Assembly: GCA_045863475.1 (NCBI GenBank)
Contig: BTUR01000002.1
Coordinates: 410-64,409 of the forward strand
Reading direction: 5' to 3'
From: Candidatus Campbellbacteria bacterium
GTDB taxonomy: Bacteria; Patescibacteriota; Minisyncoccia; Phycocordibacterales; EsbW-18
Length of the DNA: 64,000 nt
Within the stretch, counting starts at the first letter, position 1, and each line of letters starts with the position of its first letter. This document shows positions 18,086 through 26,616 of this stretch, in pieces. The translations under genes were made by a program, and so were the position numbers. Below the pieces are notes generated by a model. That model worked only from the letters and a program-made list of their open reading frames with translations, was not told the origin of the DNA and made no database searches.

Positions 18086-18210
18086 AGGTTTCGGAGTCGG
18101 ACAGGCTGGATCGCAAGTGAAGGCCACGCACGTGAGGCTTCGGCCGATAGAGTGCTACGACTGTGTGACCTACTCAAAAATTCCTACGCAAGTAGGGATT
18201 TTTGATTTTA
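18086..18210 (+). ncRNA. Putative uncharacterised small structured RNA
   Basis: TTGACA-17-GACAAT promoter (18051-18079), nested stems, terminator hairpin 18176-18210. Confidence 0.55.
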
Positions 18211-18223
18211 GGAGAGACAAGGG

Positions 18224-19423
18224 CTACTCAAAGATATCCCACATTTCTTTGTCTTCGTTGCCGTCGAATTTAAATATCGCAACACCTAAAAGGTCGTACT
18301 CTTTCGCGAGGTCCACTTTTTGCCGGATGGCTTCCGCATCGCTCCACGTCGCGTAGTAGAACACGGACGGCAAGCCTGTCTGTTTTGTATAAGCGAAACT
18401 CAGTGCCGCGGCACGGCTTGCGTCAGACGTTGTGTTCGGGATTGATACCGCACCGTTGAATTGAGGTGCGTTTTTGAGTGTCGGGAAGGAGAAGGAAAGT
18501 TCTCCGGCGTCACTTCGCTCAGGTGTCACACGCTCGTGTTTTGCGGTCTTACTGCCGTAGGATGGATTGAATGCGCCGGTTTTGTTGTAGGCCTGGTACG
18601 CGTCTGAATATACGACGACTTCGTACTCGTGCCCGTACGTGGGGATACCCAAACTAAGCTTTTCTTTCGGAATGGTTTGCAGTGTCAGTTCAATAACCTT
18701 TCGCACCCATGCGGGATCGGATACCGGAATATAGGGTTCACCGGGGTGGCTTTTGTTGAGTTTGAGGTCGGCGCGTTGCTGGTCGTACGTCATGATGTTG
18801 ACGTGGTCGCAGTACTTTGCGATTGCATTAAAATCGTTTGCGTAGCGAAGGTCCGCGGGCATTGTTGTATAGAGCGAGTCCGGCGGCGTGCGCGCTTCAA
18901 TGGTGCAGGAAAGTACTTTGTTTTTTCCAAGTTCATCTTTCAGCTCGCGCAGGAAAAGTGCAAAAGCATCGTGTGTTTCGGCGAGCTTGCCTTCGTAGTC
19001 GATGTCCACGCCGTCGTATTTTCCTTTGCGCACCATGTCACTGATTTCTTCAACGTGATTTTTTCGGAGGTCTTCATTGGTAAGTACCGCGTGCATCATG
19101 TACGTGTTGCTCCACATAACCGTCGGAATAACGAGGATGTCTTTTTTGCGCGCGGTTGAGAACAGTTTTTTCCACGTGCTTTTTTTGAGTTTTGCGAGAT
19201 CAGTGAGCGAGCCGTCGTTTTTTACCGTGTAAGCAAACGGGAAGATGACGGAGAGTTCGCTGAGGTGTTTGCGTGCATCACGCGTACCACTTGAGGCAGC
19301 CCAGTAGGGAATCCACCCGGACACTTCAAGGTCAGATGCAGCGAACAGCGGGGCGGGGGAAGCACCGAGTAGAAGCATTGTCGCGCAGAGCAGTACAAGT
19401 TTGTTTTGCAGTGCGTGTTTCAT
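18224..19423 (-). CDS. Secreted GH18 glycoside hydrolase (chitinase/peptidoglycan hydrolase-like)
   Basis: DGVDIDYE catalytic motif, MTYD, LGIPTYG, signal peptide; the ORF-track upstream extension is spurious. Confidence 0.9.
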   Translation of the reverse strand: MKHALQNKLVLLCATMLLLGASPAPLFAASDLEVSGWIPYWAASSGTRDARKHLSELSVIFPFAYTVKNDGSLTDLAKLKKSTWKKLFSTARKKDILVIPTVMWSNTYMMHAVLTNEDLRKNHVEEISDMVRKGKYDGVDIDYEGKLAETHDAFALFLRELKDELGKNKVLSCTIEARTPPDSLYTTMPADLRYANDFNAIAKYCDHVNIMTYDQQRADLKLNKSHPGEPYIPVSDPAWVRKVIELTLQTIPKEKLSLGIPTYGHEYEVVVYSDAYQAYNKTGAFNPSYGSKTAKHERVTPERSDAGELSFSFPTLKNAPQFNGAVSIPNTTSDASRAAALSFAYTKQTGLPSVFYYATWSDAEAIRQKVDLAKEYDLLGVAIFKFDGNEDKEMWDIFE

Positions 19424-19509
19424 ATACATACAGTATACCTTGCGATACACAAAACGTTTCAGATTATTTATCCGCACATTCATGTGTTCTTCAGGTGGTA
19501 TGGTGATAC

Positions 19510-19537
19510 TTGACAAAATACCGTAGAGTGCTATACT
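19510..19537 (+). promoter_or_regulatory. sigma70 promoter of orphan cassette
   Basis: TTGACA-16-TATACT with TG extension. Confidence 0.8.
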
Positions 19538-19585
19538 GTACACGGACAATCGAATGGTCGATTGCCGGACGCTTCGGAGGCATTC

Positions 19586-19816
19586 ATGGCGAGCAACAAG
19601 AAGTTCTGGCGGAGGGACTGCGACAAGAGCCTGCGGAACATCGGACGCCGGAGCTACTGGTTCCGCGAGCCGAGCGCTCGTCGTGAAGCGGTTCTGCCGG
19701 GTTCGAAGCTCATCCGTACCGCCGTCGTGGCCGGGTTCGAGAAGAACCGTGAGCGGTTGCCGCCGAACGTGTTCAACAGCCGCGGGGGCTGCTGCCGCCA
19801 CTTCGGCATCGCCTAG
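19586..19816 (+). CDS. Orphan basic protein, 76 aa (cassette)
   Basis: GGAGG SD, own promoter, terminator 19837-19875, C/G-rich codons. Confidence 0.6.
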   Translation: MASNKKFWRRDCDKSLRNIGRRSYWFREPSARREAVLPGSKLIRTAVVAGFEKNRERLPPNVFNSRGGCCRHFGIA

Positions 19817-19894
19817 AAGTCGACCAAGAACTACCGAAGGCGCCTCAGCACACAGTGTGCAGAGGCGCTTTTCTCATTTGCTACAATTATATTC

Positions 19895-20464
19895 ATGACA
19901 AATGACGCGCGCGTGAACACAGAAAACGAAATCGCGGTGTTCGGCGGAGGATGTTTTTGGTGCACTGAAGCAGTTTTCAAAGAACTTCGCGGTGTAGTTT
20001 TCGTTGAGCCAGGATATACCGGCGGAACAAAAGAACGTCCAACGTACGAAGAGGTGTGCTCGGGAACGACCGGTCACGCAGAGGCGATTCGCATCACGTA
20101 TGACCCGAAGCTTATCGCGTTCCGCGATCTCCTCACCGTGTTTTTTGCGACGCACGATCCGACGACACCAAACCGGCAGGGAAATGACGTCGGCACGCAG
20201 TACCGCTCAGCGATTTTTTACACGACACCGCAACAAAAAGAAGAAGCAGAGCGTTTTATAGCCGAGCTTGAAAAGCAGAGCACACTCGGCGGACACGTGG
20301 TTACCGAAATTACTCCATTGAGTACGTTTTTTGAAGCGGAAGGATACCACCGAGACTACTTCGCGCGGAATCCGGAGAAAGCGTACTGTCAGCTTGTTAT
20401 CAATCCGAAACTGGAGAAGGTACAAAAACAGTTTGCGGAGCTTTTGAACGATCACACACTGTAA
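19895..20464 (+). CDS. msrA: Peptide methionine sulfoxide reductase A
   Basis: GCFWC, GYTGG, DPTT.NRQGND.GTQYRS, AEGYH. Confidence 0.97.
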   Translation: MTNDARVNTENEIAVFGGGCFWCTEAVFKELRGVVFVEPGYTGGTKERPTYEEVCSGTTGHAEAIRITYDPKLIAFRDLLTVFFATHDPTTPNRQGNDVGTQYRSAIFYTTPQQKEEAERFIAELEKQSTLGGHVVTEITPLSTFFEAEGYHRDYFARNPEKAYCQLVINPKLEKVQKQFAELLNDHTL

Positions 20465-20473
20465 CGATTAAAA

Positions 20474-20521
20474 ACGCACAACAAAAAAGACCCCTGTGCA
20501 GGGGTCTTTTTTGTTGTGCGT
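20474..20521. terminator. Long bidirectional terminator
   Basis: ACGCACAACAAAAAAGACCCCTG…CAGGGGTCTTTTTTGTTGTGCGT inverted repeat. Confidence 0.85.
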
Positions 20522-20542
20522 CACATCACGTGATGTGTACCG

Positions 20543-21967
20543 CTATGCTCCTGATTCGGTTGTCGTTGACAACTCATCCGACAAAGATGCGTTATCCGAT
20601 TCATCAACCGACTGCACTCTCAGGTAGTAGAGGGTGGCTGGTGAGAGATCCTCAATAACCAATTCGTGATCGGTTACGAGTGCGTCACTGCCGATGAATG
20701 CCCCTGTCTCGCTGACATCAACGGGTGTGCTTGTCCCGAAGAATGCCTTCGAGTCAGACGGCTCGTCGGTCGTCCACTGCACGACTATGGACTCATCTGC
20801 GGGGAGCATAATGATGTCGCTGATAACAGGCGGTACATCATCCGGCGGAGGCGGAACATCCTTGACCTCAACTGATGTCGTTGCTACCGCGGTTGCACCG
20901 GCGTCGTCTTGTACCGTGAAGGTGATGATGTACGAACCAGCCTCCGCGTATGTGTGCGTGAAGGTCGAGGTTTGTACAAACGGCTCGCCCATCATGATGC
21001 TGCTTCTGAGTGTTGCACTGTCGCCCCAGTCAACGGAGTAGGAAAGCGGTCCGTCCTCCGGATCAAGGGCGTTGACTGTCCATTCCCCTTCCGCGTCAAC
21101 CTCAATCGTCTCCGGTCCCGCAACCGATGTGATAACCGGGTCTTCGTTCTCGGGCGGCTCGACCGCCGGCGTCGTGAAGGTTACCTCAGACGATGTCGCC
21201 ACACCGCCGTCCCGTGTTTCTGAACGGGCGACTGCGTAGTACATGGTGTCGGGTTCAAGGTGCTTTAGGTTGATGACGTGGTGCTTTACCCGGCCGCGAC
21301 GGTGTACATCCGGGTCATCTGACATATCAACCGGGGATGAGGTGCTCACCCACACCGAACTGTCGGAGCGAATGTCGGTGTCCCACACAATCTTTGCCTT
21401 GTACGGCGACTTCACATCGACCGAAAGATCGGAGATTACCGGGGCCTGGACTTCATCGCCATCTACGCGCACCGTGACGGATGACTTTGCCGTGCGCCCC
21501 TCCTCATCCATCACCGTGAATCGAACGGTGTAGACGCCATCGTGGTCGTAGACGTGCGAGAAGGTTGCCGTTTGCACGAACTCTTGTTCAGCCTTGAATG
21601 CGCGAGAGAACATGTTGCTGTCTCCCCAATCAACGGCGTAGGAGAGGGAGCCGTCCTCGGGGTCCGATGCGCGAACCTCCCACGTACCTTCCTGTCCTGC
21701 GGATAGAACAGTCGGTGCGGTTATGCCGGAGATGACCGGCGCGCGATTTTCCGCTGCGAACGCTGAGCGCGTGCGGCCTTCCAAGAACTTACTCCAGAAG
21801 GAACCCCAGCGCGATGCGTCATCGCGAGAATCCGACTTGAATTCCGCGCGCGCCTTGGTTTCAGAATATGCACGACCGTCCTTCTTTTCAGCCAGCGCGA
21901 ATGCTGACGGAAAGGCGAGAGCGGCGAGCATAAGTGATCCAAGGACTATTTTTTGTGTTTTTCTCAT
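20543..21967 (-). CDS. Secreted surface protein with two tandem PKD + fibronectin-III-like modules
   Basis: Signal peptide; duplicated DPEDG.LSY.VDWGD…F.H.Y and W.TD…L.P.T.YY units. Confidence 0.85.
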   Translation of the reverse strand: MRKTQKIVLGSLMLAALAFPSAFALAEKKDGRAYSETKARAEFKSDSRDDASRWGSFWSKFLEGRTRSAFAAENRAPVISGITAPTVLSAGQEGTWEVRASDPEDGSLSYAVDWGDSNMFSRAFKAEQEFVQTATFSHVYDHDGVYTVRFTVMDEEGRTAKSSVTVRVDGDEVQAPVISDLSVDVKSPYKAKIVWDTDIRSDSSVWVSTSSPVDMSDDPDVHRRGRVKHHVINLKHLEPDTMYYAVARSETRDGGVATSSEVTFTTPAVEPPENEDPVITSVAGPETIEVDAEGEWTVNALDPEDGPLSYSVDWGDSATLRSSIMMGEPFVQTSTFTHTYAEAGSYIITFTVQDDAGATAVATTSVEVKDVPPPPDDVPPVISDIIMLPADESIVVQWTTDEPSDSKAFFGTSTPVDVSETGAFIGSDALVTDHELVIEDLSPATLYYLRVQSVDESDNASLSDELSTTTESGA

Positions 21968-22110
21968 GTGGTGTACCAGTGTGTACTGGTAAAGGTTAGT
22001 AACTCATAAAGGTGGCGTGCGCGACCGACGAAAGCGCGCGAACGCCGAGAGGTGAGTATAGACAAGGCACGTTGAGTTTTTGGTGAAGCCCGTAGGGCTT
22101 TTTTGGGATG

Positions 22111-22307
22111 TGTGGATAACTCACTTGCCAAGGTTTGGTGGTGGTGTAGCATCAATTCTGCAGATGTCTCCACGCAAGTGGGGACATTTGCATTTTAGGA
22201 GGGAAAATGACAGAAACTGCCCGCTGTGGATAACGCGCTTGCACTCCTTTCTATGGTTTTGTACGATGGCTCCTGTAAACGTCTCCACGCAAGTGGAGGC
22301 GTTTACA
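22111..22307 (+). repeat. Tandem repeat of DnaA box + promoter + GCAA hairpin
   Basis: TGTGGATAAC at 22111 and 22225; GTCTCCACGCAAGTGG at 22166 and 22281. Confidence 0.8.
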
Positions 22308-22356
22308 CGTTTATGGGAAAGTTTGTGAAAGAATGGAAGACGGTATACTGTCGGCA

Positions 22357-22581
22357 ATGCCCTATATACAGGTGAAAGTAACGCCGAGTGCCCGCACGGA
22401 ACGCTTTGAAGTTCGCAATGACGGCCTGTTCGTTATTGCGGTGAGAGAGAAGCCAAAAGACGATGAGGCGAACATTCGGGTGCTCGCTCTCTTGGCAAAG
22501 CATCTCAAAGTCCCTAAAACGAGTTTGCGTATCAAGCGCGGTCTCCGGGGCAGGAATAAGCTCATCGAGATCGCGGAATAA
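22357..22581 (+). CDS. DUF167/YggU family protein
   Basis: VKVTP…AN…L.I.RG…R.K pattern. Confidence 0.85.
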   Translation: MPYIQVKVTPSARTERFEVRNDGLFVIAVREKPKDDEANIRVLALLAKHLKVPKTSLRIKRGLRGRNKLIEIAE

Positions 22582-22742
22582 GTGCACGTGTAATAGAAAA
22601 GCACCGTACTGCGCGGTGCTTTTTCTAATCACCCCTATTTCTTGAAACCTTTCATGAAGTCTTCACTATATACATAGTATCCTTAGCCACAGCCGTACTA
22701 TGCAGTACATTTCCACGGCGTTAGCAGGTATAACACACACCC

Positions 22743-23417
22743 ATGCGTATACTCATCGTAGAAGACGAACAAAAACTCGCCGAGACGCTTGCCCAGGGTC
22801 TTGAGCGCAAAGGGTACGCAAGCGATATAATTGAAGATGGCGAAAAGGCGTTGACGCGCATCCTGATGCACCGCGACGATTACGACCTGATTATTCTTGA
22901 CCTCATGCTTCCGACGCTTGATGGTCGCGAAATATGCCGTCAGGTTCGGGAACAGAACATCACGGTGCCGATTCTCGTGCTCACTGCGCGCAATGAGACC
23001 GAGAACAAAGTTGATTTGCTCGAATCCGGAGCGGATGACTATCTCGTCAAACCGTTTTCGTTCAGCGAACTGCTCGCGCGCGTACAGGCGCTCTTGCGCC
23101 GGCCGACGACGATGTTGCCGGTGACGCTGCGATTTGCGGACATCGAGCTGGATGTCGCGCAGCACACGGTGACGCGCGACGGAAAACCGGTTCCACTGAC
23201 ACTCAAAGAGTTCACGCTCTTGGAGTACTTCATGCGGAATCCGGACACGGTTATTAACCGCGAAGATATTCTCAGCCACTTGTGGGACTTCAACTATGAA
23301 TCATTCAGCAACGTCGTCGACGTCCACGTCAAAAACCTCCGACACAAACTCAACGCCGGGGGTCGCCCGAATCTACTGGAAACGGTTCGCGGGGTTGGGT
23401 ACCGGCTTCGCGAATAA
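22743..23417 (+). CDS. OmpR/PhoB-family response regulator
   Basis: ILIVED, LDLMLP, GADDYLVKPF, ETVRGVGY. Confidence 0.97.
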   Translation: MRILIVEDEQKLAETLAQGLERKGYASDIIEDGEKALTRILMHRDDYDLIILDLMLPTLDGREICRQVREQNITVPILVLTARNETENKVDLLESGADDYLVKPFSFSELLARVQALLRRPTTMLPVTLRFADIELDVAQHTVTRDGKPVPLTLKEFTLLEYFMRNPDTVINREDILSHLWDFNYESFSNVVDVHVKNLRHKLNAGGRPNLLETVRGVGYRLRE

Positions 23418-24492
23418 GTACCGGTCCGACATCTTTTTTCGCACGAAGACGAACATCATCGTGCTCCAGACCGGCTTTACGGTGCTGCTCATTGTGCTCA
23501 CCGGCGTCGGGTTCGACTATTTTTATAAAGATCTCTCAAGTGCGCTCATCGAAGAGGTCATTGAGAGTTTGCAGTCGTCTCCGAGCATGGAGCGAGCCGG
23601 CGTCATTGCCGCTGAACTTGAATACGTGAAGACGCGTGCGCTGATACTTGCGATTGCCGCAGTGCTTTCGGTCGCAGCCGTATTCGGTTATGGTGTCGCA
23701 CGTCTTACACTGGCCCCCACACGTAAGGCGCTTTCCTCACAAAAACGCTTTATCGGTGATCTTGCACACGAAATTCGAACACCGGTGACGATTCTCAAGA
23801 CCAATATGGAAGTTGCACTTTTGGAAGAGGGTCTGCCGTCGTCACAACGGAAAGCAATACGCAGTAACATTGAAGAGCTCGACCGTATCGCGGACCTTAT
23901 CAATAACTTACTTTCACTCAACGCGCTGTTTCGTCCGGAGCGGATGGAGTTTAAGGACATAGACTTCGGTGAAGTTGTCGATGACGCGCTGAGTAAGTTG
24001 TCTGAGTTTGCGGAGCACAAAAATCTTCATATCACGAAACGGAAGAGCACAACCCGCATGGTTCGCGGTAATGCAACTGCGCTCGGACAAGTTGCCATGA
24101 ACGTGCTTAAGAATGCGATGTGGTATACGCCGGAGAACGGCCAGATCGACATCGCCGTCATACCTGATTATCAAGGATTCATCGAACTGACCGTTCGAGA
24201 CTCCGGTATCGGCATTGCGCGCGATGATTTGTTCCATATTTTCGAACCGTTCTATCGTGCTGAGCGTTCGCGTGCGCGGCACAGCGGCGGTAGCGGGCTC
24301 GGGCTCGCCATTGTCAACGACATTGTAAAGCTACATAACGGCAAGATTGCAATTAAGAGTGCCCCAAAAAAAGGAACAACAATAATGATATCGATTCCGT
24401 GCGGCTCACCCGGCTCTGAAGCGGACACTCCCAAAAAACCCAAAGGGGAAGTTGCCGTCGATTTTTCTAACAAACAAAACGAAACTGTGTAG
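23296..24492 (+). CDS. Sensor histidine kinase (start uncertain)
   Basis: Two TM segments, AHEIRTP H-box, N box, DSGIGI, GSGLGL. Confidence 0.92.
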   Translation: MNHSATSSTSTSKTSDTNSTPGVARIYWKRFAGLGTGFANKYRSDIFFRTKTNIIVLQTGFTVLLIVLTGVGFDYFYKDLSSALIEEVIESLQSSPSMERAGVIAAELEYVKTRALILAIAAVLSVAAVFGYGVARLTLAPTRKALSSQKRFIGDLAHEIRTPVTILKTNMEVALLEEGLPSSQRKAIRSNIEELDRIADLINNLLSLNALFRPERMEFKDIDFGEVVDDALSKLSEFAEHKNLHITKRKSTTRMVRGNATALGQVAMNVLKNAMWYTPENGQIDIAVIPDYQGFIELTVRDSGIGIARDDLFHIFEPFYRAERSRARHSGGSGLGLAIVNDIVKLHNGKIAIKSAPKKGTTIMISIPCGSPGSEADTPKKPKGEVAVDFSNKQNETV

Positions 24493-24646
24493 CGCCGCTG
24501 CTCTTCTTCACCGCCCTTTCAGCACGAGGCGTGTATAGTGTGCGTTCGTCGGGGGGATAGCGCGGAGCACTGTGCTTCGCGCAGTACAACATATGCACAC
24601 AGCGCATGGTACAATAGGCACATTATCCATTGACCATACCTATCGT

Positions 24647-25027
24647 ATGATCAACATCAACTTGAAAGCATCGGGTATCGATTTGACGCCCGCGCTCCGC
24701 TCGTACGTAGACGACAAGATGAAGGCGTTGGAGAAATTTATTGATCCGAATATTGCCGCGCAAGCGGACGTTGAGATTGGTCAGACGACGCACCACCACC
24801 AGTCCGGGAAGATTTTTCGATGCGAAATAAATCTTGTGGTTCCCGGTGATCTTATTCGGGTAGTCGCGCAGGAGGAGGACCTCTACGCCGCGATTGACGT
24901 CGCCAAAGACGAATTGCTCGACAAAGTCAGAAAGCGCAAGGATAAGAAGACAAAGGACGTTCGGCGTGCCTCGCGCATGTTTAAAAGCGTGCTCCGCAAG
25001 TTTGGTTTTGGCAACGACGAGGCCTAA
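24647..25027 (+). CDS. raiA: Ribosome hibernation factor RaiA/HPF
   Basis: LTPALRSYV, DLYAAID. Confidence 0.9.
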   Translation: MININLKASGIDLTPALRSYVDDKMKALEKFIDPNIAAQADVEIGQTTHHHQSGKIFRCEINLVVPGDLIRVVAQEEDLYAAIDVAKDELLDKVRKRKDKKTKDVRRASRMFKSVLRKFGFGNDEA

Positions 25028-25887
25028 CGGAGGAAATCCTCGTACGCCATCTCTTTTCTTCCTTCAGGAATGACGCGCTCAAGAATGAGCGCGTCATTCT
25101 CAATTCGTGCTGAGGTTACGACGACACGAACTCGAGCACCGTTTTTTTCTGCAAAAAAGTACGCACGCGGCCAGATGTCATAAGCGAGTATTGCGCGGTA
25201 ATTTTTTATCGGATCATCGGACAGGTCAATGCGCGCGTCGTCCTTTGTAATCATGGAACAGTACGTTGCGGCAGTGTCGTCTTGAGGCACGGGTGTGAGT
25301 GTGCCGGAGAGATACGGTGCAATGCTTCGTGTGAGGAGGTGTGCGCCACGCCTTGCCGCCAGTGCGCGCAGGCGCGATGCGGTAACGGGCCACTCGGGAA
25401 GCTCGTCGACGACGGACTCTTGCGCGAGCACTGGACCGTGGTCCATCTTTTCGTCCAAGAGCATTACCGAGACGCCCACATTCCGTGCGTTTGTTTCAGA
25501 GAGTATTTGTGACTCAATAGGCGAAGGTCCGCGGTGTTTCGGTAAGAGCGAGGGGTGCATATTGAGTGCACCGTGTTTCGGGATATCAAGAAGCGCTTGC
25601 GGAATAATTTTGCCGTACGCAACAACAATGAAGAGATCCGCACCGACGGCCCGGATATTTTCAACAACACTTTCCTCGGAGAGTTTTACAGGCTTGAGTA
25701 CGGGAACGCCGTGCGCGTGCGCCCATTGCGCCGCGTCCGACGGTGTTAACAACATACCGCGCCCTTTTTTCGTATCAGGTGCGGTGACGATAAGCGACGG
25801 TATCATGCCGGCGTCGTGGAGTGTCTGGAGGGACACGACCGCGATGTCAGGCGTGCCGAAAAAAACAAATCGGAAAGGGTTAGTCAT
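25024..25887 (-). CDS. fmt: Methionyl-tRNA formyltransferase
   Basis: FFGTP, VAYG, NMHPSLLP..RGPSP, MDHGP. Confidence 0.95.
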   Translation of the reverse strand: MTNPFRFVFFGTPDIAVVSLQTLHDAGMIPSLIVTAPDTKKGRGMLLTPSDAAQWAHAHGVPVLKPVKLSEESVVENIRAVGADLFIVVAYGKIIPQALLDIPKHGALNMHPSLLPKHRGPSPIESQILSETNARNVGVSVMLLDEKMDHGPVLAQESVVDELPEWPVTASRLRALAARRGAHLLTRSIAPYLSGTLTPVPQDDTAATYCSMITKDDARIDLSDDPIKNYRAILAYDIWPRAYFFAEKNGARVRVVVTSARIENDALILERVIPEGRKEMAYEDFLR

Positions 25888-26392
25888 TTTCTTTTGGCGG
25901 CGGAATATCACGTACGTCCCGGGCAGTGTCGGTGAACAAGACGCCGTTGAGGTGGTCGGTTTCGTGCTGAAATATTTGTGCGAGGAGCCCTGAACCGCCG
26001 AGGGTGAATTTCTTTCCGTTTTCATCATGTGCGGTGACCGTTGCTTTCAGTGCACGCGGCACCTCGCCGTACTTCCACCGCACCGACAAGCAGCCCTCTT
26101 CAAGCCATTCTCTTTCTTTTGAGAGTTTCGTGATGTTCGGGTTGATGAAAACGCGGTCGGGAGGCAGTGGTGCATCAATATCTTTTGCAAATACTTTTCC
26201 GGAGATGACAAAGATGCGCAGAGAGACGCCGATTTGTGGTGCGGCAATAGCAACACCGTCAGGCTCTTGTGCAAGTGCTTTCTGCATATCCGCAAGAATC
26301 TTTTTTAGCTTTGTGCTTCCGATATCTTGTATCGGCACGTCCTGCGCTATTGCGCGTAGCACCTTGTCCTCTGCTTGGACGATTTCTTTCAT
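25880..26392 (-). CDS. def: Peptide deformylase
   Basis: GVAIAAPQIG, EGCLSV, QHETDHL. Confidence 0.96.
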   Translation of the reverse strand: MKEIVQAEDKVLRAIAQDVPIQDIGSTKLKKILADMQKALAQEPDGVAIAAPQIGVSLRIFVISGKVFAKDIDAPLPPDRVFINPNITKLSKEREWLEEGCLSVRWKYGEVPRALKATVTAHDENGKKFTLGGSGLLAQIFQHETDHLNGVLFTDTARDVRDIPPPKEND

Positions 26393-26437
26393 GATGTCCC
26401 AGTATACATGGCGAGCGGCGCCGTTTCTATTTTGGAC

Positions 26438-26554
26438 AAAAAGGCCCCTGGCAGAGGAGGGGTTCCCGCCAGGGGTTGAAGAAGCGAGCCGGTCGAGGGC
26501 GGAACGACACGCGCGTTCCGATGCAGACAGCCGACTCTGGACGCTCTGCACGGC
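26438..26554 (-). ncRNA. Putative small structured RNA between mnmA and def
   Basis: TTGACG-16-TATGAT promoter (26585-26558), two hairpins, GC-rich terminator with U tract; no SD-led ORF. Confidence 0.55.
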
Positions 26555-26616
26555 CTCATCATACTGCCTGTCGGGGTCGCGTCAAACCGCTTGTCGGTGT
26601 GGTAGGCTGTCCTCGT

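Noticed and set aside
19424-19801. N-terminal extension of the GH18 ORF
   Set aside because: It is antisense to a cassette; the signal peptide and -10 element place the start at 19423.
22111-22234. Possible oriC
   Set aside because: Only two DnaA boxes, no clear AT-rich unwinding element and no dnaA/dnaN nearby.
22160-22307. Possible CRISPR array
   Set aside because: Only two copies with a ~115-nt period and no cas genes; the nuclease at 29439 is a solo PD-(D/E)xK protein.
26551-26560. CGGCCTCATC match to the tRNA-Glu 5' end
   Set aside because: Only 10 nt, consistent with chance.
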